Of a stretch of 32,000 bases of DNA, positions 26,251 through 32,000 are shown in pieces; the stretch's first letter is position 1; each line of letters opens with the position of its first letter. The notes beneath the pieces are model-generated. The model made no database searches. It worked only from the letters and a program-made list of their open reading frames with translations, and was not told the DNA's origin. The translations under genes and the position numbers were made by a program. Source of the DNA: Candidatus Electronema halotolerans (GTDB lineage Bacteria > Desulfobacterota > Desulfobulbia > Desulfobulbales > Desulfobulbaceae); NCBI GenBank assembly GCA_942493095.1, contig OW818675.1, forward strand, positions 1,590,001 through 1,622,000. The letters run 5' to 3'.

Positions 26251-27010
26251 GAGACTGCACCGGCTCCAGCTCAATCGCTCCCCAAGCACCGAGACAATCA
26301 CCAGCAATCACCAGCACTCCTGCCAGCCCGGCAATGGTCTTGGCAATCTCGACAGCCTTGTTGACGCTGTGCTGCTTTTGACTGCGCACCTCATTGCCTA
26401 TACGAGTGGCGGCGGCATCGGCCAAGGCGGTTGAGGCGGCCAGCACGACCACGGCATCCGCAACCCCGAAGCTGAGAGAATGGCCGACTGTGCCGGAGGA
26501 GCAGCAGATGCCGCAGGGCAGCTGCTCAGGCTGGAGGCGGATGCCCAAGGTGCCGCTGAACGGCGAGGCCCCGGCTTGAACCGCAATCAGGCAGGGCTGG
26601 GTTCTGGCGGCAAAGATGTCACCGCCGTTCTCAACAATGACCTCTTGCAGGCCGTGCGCCAGCAGCTTGCGCCCGACCTGCTCGGCAACTGTTCCGGCCA
26701 CTGCCGCCATTGGTCCGACTCCGGCCAATATCCCGGCTTCCAGCATGGCCTGCACTGGCTCCGGCGCACGGCTGTCCGCAGGCAGCGGGGTCAAGCTGCT
26801 GAGAAAGTGCGGCTGCTGGCGGATGTAGGCTTCAATCTCCGTCCGCACTTCGGTCACGGCCAGAAGAGCGAGGTCGCCGACCGGCTCTGAAGTCAGAATA
26901 TGCAGGTCTGTTTCCGCCACCTTGACCGTGGCGGCCAGCAAGTCGGAACCATGCTGACAGCGGTAGCTCCGCTCCTGATAGGCCAGCGGCTCTTTTTTTC
27001 TGCTCACCAC
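26243..27010 (-). CDS. UPF0280 (ApbE-like) family protein
   Basis: 255 aa; YRCQHGSDLLAATVKVAETDLHIL, GPMAAVAGTVAEQVGRKLL, VIVENGGDIF, GTVGHSLSFGVADAVVVLAASTALADAAATRIGNEV. Confidence 0.85.
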   Translation of the reverse strand: MVSRKKEPLAYQERSYRCQHGSDLLAATVKVAETDLHILTSEPVGDLALLAVTEVRTEIEAYIRQQPHFLSSLTPLPADSRAPEPVQAMLEAGILAGVGPMAAVAGTVAEQVGRKLLAHGLQEVIVENGGDIFAARTQPCLIAVQAGASPFSGTLGIRLQPEQLPCGICCSSGTVGHSLSFGVADAVVVLAASTALADAAATRIGNEVRSQKQHSVNKAVEIAKTIAGLAGVLVIAGDCLGAWGAIELEPVQSHA

Positions 27011-29442
27011 AAGTTGTCGGTTGCCTCCACGCTCGGTAGAGGCAGGCCCTGCCGCAGCAGGTCTTCGTCAAGAATCTTGTGGAGAATCGCGGTCAGGCAG
27101 CCGGGCTGGAGATAATCCTGGCCCCGGCCTTTGGAGAAGATGAAGGCCGTCTTCTTGGCCATGTCCTCCCAGGTCATGCTGGAGGGGTTCTTGGCGACAA
27201 TCTCAAAAAAATAGAGATTGTACGGGTCGTTGATCATGGCCATGCCCGTGCCGATGGTGGCAAGGATGTCAACATGGCCAAGGAACATCCGGTTCAGCTT
27301 AGTATAGACCTTGACCCCGCCGCAGGAGCCAAGGCTGAGGAAATGCTCGCGGGCGGTCAGCTCCTGATCAGAAATCTGCTTGCTCTCTCTGAGCTTGAGG
27401 ATTGGATCAATAAGCTGCTCAGTGCGCCAGTAGGAATGGCCGCGCTGGGCAAACATCTCATCCCCGCTCTGGAGGAAGCGGAGCATGACCCGCTGCTGGC
27501 TCTCCTCATTCCGATAGACATGCACGGAATGGCGGATGGTCAGACCATTGACTTTTTTGACAAAGGCGGCGGAAAACGGCTCCGTGCTCATGGCCTTGAA
27601 GAGCGCGCTGTAGCCTGACCGCTTGATGATGCTGGCAAAACGCTGCTTCGCCGCCGCATCAGGAGCAAAGGTATATGGCTCGGACAGGACCAGCTTGTAG
27701 CCGTTCTTGGCCAAGGTGTTGGCATTGGAGACAAAAGAGCTGTGGCCGTCATCATCAGGATGAAAGATGGAGAGCGAGCCGAGCTGGCCGTCCTGCTTCC
27801 ACTGGGCAAAGGGGGTGAGCAGATAGCGGTTCAGATCAATGGCTCCGTTGCGGGCCACGGTGCGCCGGATCAGCTCAGTTGACCGGGAACTGAGCAGGTC
27901 AGGATACTCCTCCAAATAATACTGCAAAATAACCGTGATCAGCTTAGTGAAGCTGCTTGTGCCGCTGTCTGCGGCCACCATCCGCTGGATCAGATAATCT
28001 CTCGACGCAGGTTCGAGCACGGTGAGCAGGTAGCGGAAGGTGGCGGAAAAAAGGAGGATCGAGTCCTCATCTTTGAAGGCCGAGCTGGCCACCAATTCAA
28101 GAATTTTCTCCTGCTCCCGCGCATCTGCCGGGAAAAAGGTGGTCAGCTTGCCTTTCTGAGCCAGACTGACAATGAAGCTGGAGACTAAGAGGTTGGCCGG
28201 ATCCGTGGCCCGGAGAAAAACGAGCAGGTTATCCTGATGGCTGCGGTCGATGCGCCGTTTGAGAATCGGCACCAGAATGTCCCGGAACGAGGAGTCATAC
28301 AGCTCGCTGCCCAAGGAGAGCAGGGCATAGATGTTGGCTGAGGTCAGGTCTTCCGAGACTTGGGTGCGGTCAGCGGTGGTGGCCCGCCGCAGGACGCTGA
28401 TCACGCCGCCCTTCTTGCGGGCAGCACCGAACTGGCTGCCGTATTTGGCTCTGGTCGTGGCCGAGAGCTGGTCAAACAGCTCCTGTAGCTGGTCGGAATT
28501 CATGCTTTGCAGTTTGGCTTGGGAATACTCAATGCCGTATTCGTTGGTCACAGCATGAAGATTGTTGATCCGCCAGACAATCTCTTCGCCAGCCTGATGA
28601 AAGGCATCAAGCAGGGCGGTGCGGTTGATCTCGCTCATGGCATAAAATTGTGCTTCCTGCACGGACAGGGGCTGGGTGAAATAGCGGATCAGCCACGTCC
28701 AGGCTGTGTGCCGGTCCGGATTCTTCCGCCGGATGAAAAACTGCATGTTCCAGGCATCATCTTCCCGCAGCTTGCGGAAGAGCGGCAGGGCTTCAAGGGC
28801 AGTGACCGGGGTCATGTCCGGGATGGCGGCAAAGGCGGCGCAGACCCAAGCCTGCTTCCGGCTGAACTTCTGCACTGTGCCCAAGCTGTTCAGGCCTTGC
28901 CGGACATCCATGCCCTGAACCGCGAACAGGCTCCGCGCTGCCAGACTGCTGGCCCGGTCCATGGATTGCAGCAGGGGCAGCAGGCGCAGGGCCAAGGCCG
29001 CATCCATGCCGTTCATGCTGATGCAGGCCCGGAAGGTCTTGAGCGCGTCCCGGTTCATTTCCCGAAGCAAAGGCAGAGCCTTGGCTCCCTGCGGCATGGT
29101 GGCTCCGCTCAGGTCAGCCCATTGCTCAAAAGCAAGGACCTGCTCAAAGTTGAGCGGCTTCTCCGCCAAGCCTGACCAGACCGGCATGGCCCGGACAAAG
29201 CTGGCTCCAGGCAGCAGACTGAGCTTGCGCACCAACCGCTGGCCGTTGTATTCCATGCCTTGCAGCACCTTGCCTGCCCGCTCCAGATTTTGCGGAGTCA
29301 GTCCCGGCATTTGCGAGATGGTGACCAGCGTCCGCCGCAGGACCACATCATTGGTGTCGAGCACCGAGGCCGCCAAGACGTGTCCGGGCAGAAGAATGAG
29401 CAGGAGCAGAATAATCGGGCGCAGCCAACTGAATCGCAGCAT
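27004..29442 (-). CDS. Large exported protein of unknown function
   Basis: 812 aa; signal-peptide-like N-terminus MLRFSWLRPIILLLLILLPGHVLAA; no family recognised. Confidence 0.8.
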   Translation of the reverse strand: MLRFSWLRPIILLLLILLPGHVLAASVLDTNDVVLRRTLVTISQMPGLTPQNLERAGKVLQGMEYNGQRLVRKLSLLPGASFVRAMPVWSGLAEKPLNFEQVLAFEQWADLSGATMPQGAKALPLLREMNRDALKTFRACISMNGMDAALALRLLPLLQSMDRASSLAARSLFAVQGMDVRQGLNSLGTVQKFSRKQAWVCAAFAAIPDMTPVTALEALPLFRKLREDDAWNMQFFIRRKNPDRHTAWTWLIRYFTQPLSVQEAQFYAMSEINRTALLDAFHQAGEEIVWRINNLHAVTNEYGIEYSQAKLQSMNSDQLQELFDQLSATTRAKYGSQFGAARKKGGVISVLRRATTADRTQVSEDLTSANIYALLSLGSELYDSSFRDILVPILKRRIDRSHQDNLLVFLRATDPANLLVSSFIVSLAQKGKLTTFFPADAREQEKILELVASSAFKDEDSILLFSATFRYLLTVLEPASRDYLIQRMVAADSGTSSFTKLITVILQYYLEEYPDLLSSRSTELIRRTVARNGAIDLNRYLLTPFAQWKQDGQLGSLSIFHPDDDGHSSFVSNANTLAKNGYKLVLSEPYTFAPDAAAKQRFASIIKRSGYSALFKAMSTEPFSAAFVKKVNGLTIRHSVHVYRNEESQQRVMLRFLQSGDEMFAQRGHSYWRTEQLIDPILKLRESKQISDQELTAREHFLSLGSCGGVKVYTKLNRMFLGHVDILATIGTGMAMINDPYNLYFFEIVAKNPSSMTWEDMAKKTAFIFSKGRGQDYLQPGCLTAILHKILDEDLLRQGLPLPSVEATDNLW

Positions 29443-29463
29443 GACAAAAAGCGGAAGTGAATA

Positions 29464-30588
29464 TTATCGTTTATGAAAACGGCGGATATGAATGTTCATG
29501 AGAATGCCGATGGCCGCCAAGGTGGTCAGCAGCGAGGAGCCGCCGTAACTGAAGAGCGGCAGGGGAATGCCGACCACCGGCAGCATGCCCGTAATCATGA
29601 AAAGATTGATCACCGCCTGCCAGAAAATCAGCATCACCAAGCCAAAGGCGAGAAAAACCCCGAACTTATCGCGGGCGGACAGGGCGATGTTGATGCCCCA
29701 GAGGAGAAGAAAAAAATAGCAGGTGAGAAAGAAGACCGAGCCGACAAAGCCCAGTTCCTCGCACCAGACGGCAAAGGCAAAGTCTGTGTGCCGCTCTGGG
29801 AGGAAATTGAGATGCCCTTGCGTGCCTTCAAGAAAGCCCTTGCCAAAAATCTGGCCGCTGCCCACCGCGATCTTGGACTGCTTGATCTGATAGCCGTGGT
29901 TCATCGGGTCAGCTTCCGGGTTGAGAAAGGTCTCAATCCGGCGGCGCTGATAGGGTTTGAGGGCATATTTCCAGCCCAGCCAGGCGCAGCCGAGTCCGGC
30001 CAGTCCCAAAGTGCTCATGGTTGACCAGCGCAGCCGGGCAAAAAGGGTCATGGAGACAAAAAGAATGCCCAGCATCAGGGCGGTGCCCAAGTCCGGCTGA
30101 ATCAAAATCAGAATAAAGGGCACTGCGGTCAGCGCGCCGGGCCGGATCAAGTCCTTGAGCTGATGCCCTTTCACCGGGCTTTCCCGGCGGGCGTAGCAGC
30201 TCGCCAAAACCAAGACCAGCACCAATTTGGCCGGTTCCGAGGGCTGGAGGTTGAAAAAGCCAAGGTCAATCCAGCGCTGCGTCCCGGCCACAGTTTTGAC
30301 AAACAGCTTGGTGTAGATCAGGAGCAGACAGACTGCGCCGTAGCCAAGATAGGCGAACAGCTCCAGCTCGCTGTAGTCAATATTGACGAGCAGGACTATG
30401 AGGGCATAGCCGATGAGAAAAAAATAGAGCTGCTTGAAAAAGAGCGGCGAGGGCGAGGGGCTGCCGTTCCATGTGGCGCTGAACAGGCTGGCCAAGGACA
30501 TGATGGAGACCAAGGTCAGGGCCAGCATCAGCACCCAGTCGAAATTGTGGATCAGACGGCGGTCAAAGTGCGGCATGAAGCTCGACAA
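29464..30588 (-). CDS. rodA: Rod shape-determining protein RodA (SEDS family)
   Basis: 374 aa; 8-10 TM; LILIQPDLGTALMLG, HTDFAFAVWCEELGFVGS, GITGMLPVVGIPLPLFSYGGSSLL-type SEDS motifs. Confidence 0.94.
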   Translation of the reverse strand: MSSFMPHFDRRLIHNFDWVLMLALTLVSIMSLASLFSATWNGSPSPSPLFFKQLYFFLIGYALIVLLVNIDYSELELFAYLGYGAVCLLLIYTKLFVKTVAGTQRWIDLGFFNLQPSEPAKLVLVLVLASCYARRESPVKGHQLKDLIRPGALTAVPFILILIQPDLGTALMLGILFVSMTLFARLRWSTMSTLGLAGLGCAWLGWKYALKPYQRRRIETFLNPEADPMNHGYQIKQSKIAVGSGQIFGKGFLEGTQGHLNFLPERHTDFAFAVWCEELGFVGSVFFLTCYFFLLLWGINIALSARDKFGVFLAFGLVMLIFWQAVINLFMITGMLPVVGIPLPLFSYGGSSLLTTLAAIGILMNIHIRRFHKR

Positions 30589-30597
30589 ATCAAAATG

Positions 30598-32000
30598 TTA
30601 ATCTTGGCCCGAGTCTGCGGTCCCGGCTGCTTGGTCATCTTCCTTGTCAGAGGGATCCAGCCGGTCGGCAAAATATTTTTTCAGAATTGCCTTGGCAATT
30701 GGCGCGGCAGCCGAGCCGCCATGCAGACCGTGCTCGACCAGCACTGTGACTGCGATCTCCGGCTGTTCTGCGGGAGCAAAGCAGGTGAACCAGGCATGAT
30801 CCCGGTACTTGTAGGGAATATCTTCTTCTTTCAGATGCTTGTACTGCTTGAGACGGACCACTTGCGCAGTGCCGGTCTTGCCGGCCACCGTGATGCCCTT
30901 GAGCTGCGCCCGGCGGGCAGTGCCGTGCCGTCCGTTCACCGCCTCAATCAGCCCATCCTTGATGATTTTAAAGTTACGGTCCTGTCCTTCAAAATGATCC
31001 AGCATGACCGGCTGAAACCGTTCAATGACGTGTCCATCAGGATCGTGCACGGTTTCAATCATCCCAGGCTTGTACAGAATGCCGCCATTGGCCACTGCCG
31101 CTGTCATCATGGTGAGCTGGAGCGGGGTCACCAAGTTGAAGCCCTGGCCAATGGCCACGGACAGGGTCTCGCCGTCCTGCCACGGCTTGCCATACCGGGC
31201 CATCTTCCAATCCGAGGTGGGAATCAGGCCCGCCTTTTCGTGCTCCATCTCCACGCCGGTCTTGCGGCCCAGCCCCAGATGCCGGGCATACTTTGCCAGC
31301 CGGTTCACCCCCAGCCGCTGGCCGACATGATAAAAATAAACATCACAGGATTCAGACAGGGCGCGCTTCAAATTCACAGACCCGTGTCCGCCCCGTTTCC
31401 AGCAGCGGTAGCGGCGGTTGCCAAAGCGGTATGAGCCAGGGCAGTAAATAATGTTCTCTGGGGTGATGATGCCTTCGGCCAGGCCGGCCAGCGCCGTCAC
31501 AGTTTTGTAGGTGGAAGCCGGAGGATACTGCCCCTGCACGGTCTTGTTGATCAGCGGATGTTTGAGATTGTTGAGCATGGCCTGCCAGTTCTTCTGCGAG
31601 ATGCCGCCGAGGAACTGGCTCAGATCCAGCACCGGCGAGCTGGCCACCACCAGCAGGCGGCCTGTGTTGACCTCCACCGCCACCACAGCCCCGGCCTTGT
31701 CCTCTTCCTCCATAAGTTTTTCGGCGGTCTGCTGCAAATCCACGTCAAGCGTCAGCTGCAGGTCATTGCCAGGCAGCGGCTTCACCCCTTTCAGGTTGCG
31801 CTGCTCAAAGCCGAGCGCGTTGACCTCCATGTAATGCCGCCCCTTCTCGCCGCGCAGATCCTTTTCCCGCAGTTTTTCCAAGCCCATCTTGCCGATCAGG
31901 TCGCCGGCCCGATAGACACCCGGTTCCGCCGCATTCAGCTCCTCCCGGCTGATCTCGCCCAGATAGCCGATGACGTGCGAGGCCAGATTGCCGTAATGAT
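30598..32000 (-). CDS. mrdA: Penicillin-binding protein 2 (partial; 5' end beyond window)
   Basis: QGQYPPASTYKTVTALAGL (SxxK), GRKTGVEMEHEKAG, VAGKTGTAQVV (KTG). Coding continues upstream of the track Met at 31887 to the window edge (HYGNLASHVIGYLGEISREELNAAEPG). Confidence 0.93.
   Translation of the reverse strand, partial: HYGNLASHVIGYLGEISREELNAAEPGVYRAGDLIGKMGLEKLREKDLRGEKGRHYMEVNALGFEQRNLKGVKPLPGNDLQLTLDVDLQQTAEKLMEEEDKAGAVVAVEVNTGRLLVVASSPVLDLSQFLGGISQKNWQAMLNNLKHPLINKTVQGQYPPASTYKTVTALAGLAEGIITPENIIYCPGSYRFGNRRYRCWKRGGHGSVNLKRALSESCDVYFYHVGQRLGVNRLAKYARHLGLGRKTGVEMEHEKAGLIPTSDWKMARYGKPWQDGETLSVAIGQGFNLVTPLQLTMMTAAVANGGILYKPGMIETVHDPDGHVIERFQPVMLDHFEGQDRNFKIIKDGLIEAVNGRHGTARRAQLKGITVAGKTGTAQVVRLKQYKHLKEEDIPYKYRDHAWFTCFAPAEQPEIAVTVLVEHGLHGGSAAAPIAKAILKKYFADRLDPSDKEDDQAAGTADSGQD

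Noticed and set aside
30163-31434. 423-aa plus-strand ORF across rodA/mrdA
   Set aside because: Spans two confident genes in antisense and has no recognisable domain.

Overview
The window looks like a GC-rich, mostly ordinary chromosomal segment, probably of a Desulfobulbales-like delta-proteobacterium (lineage is my inference). Left to right it contains: a four-helix-bundle (23S-IVP-like) gene and an hsdS specificity subunit flanked by TTCACCC-type repeats; sbcC; a tricorn-like S41 protease; two translationally coupled multi-sensor hybrid histidine kinases; a LysR regulator; nadB; a 49-aa CD1871A-type CXXC protein with a NapH-like 4Fe-4S membrane protein; an SH3-domain protein; tRNA-Ser(GCT) and tRNA-Ser(TGA); a NifA-like sigma-54 activator; and a five-gene minus-strand run (mrdA, rodA, 812-aa unknown, UPF0280, GT39). 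The most notable area is about 21.43-24.40 kb. There, 170 bp of the 3' end of the NifA-like gene occurs twice in direct orientation (166/170 identical, all four differences synonymous). These copies bracket an AT-richer 2.6-kb insert holding a decayed PHP-AAA (TrlF-like) ATPase gene broken by a short inverted-repeat (MITE-like) element, a full 1041-bp IS630-type element with an A9 frameshift signal, and an inverted 3' fragment of the same IS. I found no CRISPR array, reverse transcriptase, integrase or clearly new multi-gene system. Duplication of a gene end around a degraded defence-type gene is the strongest lead.
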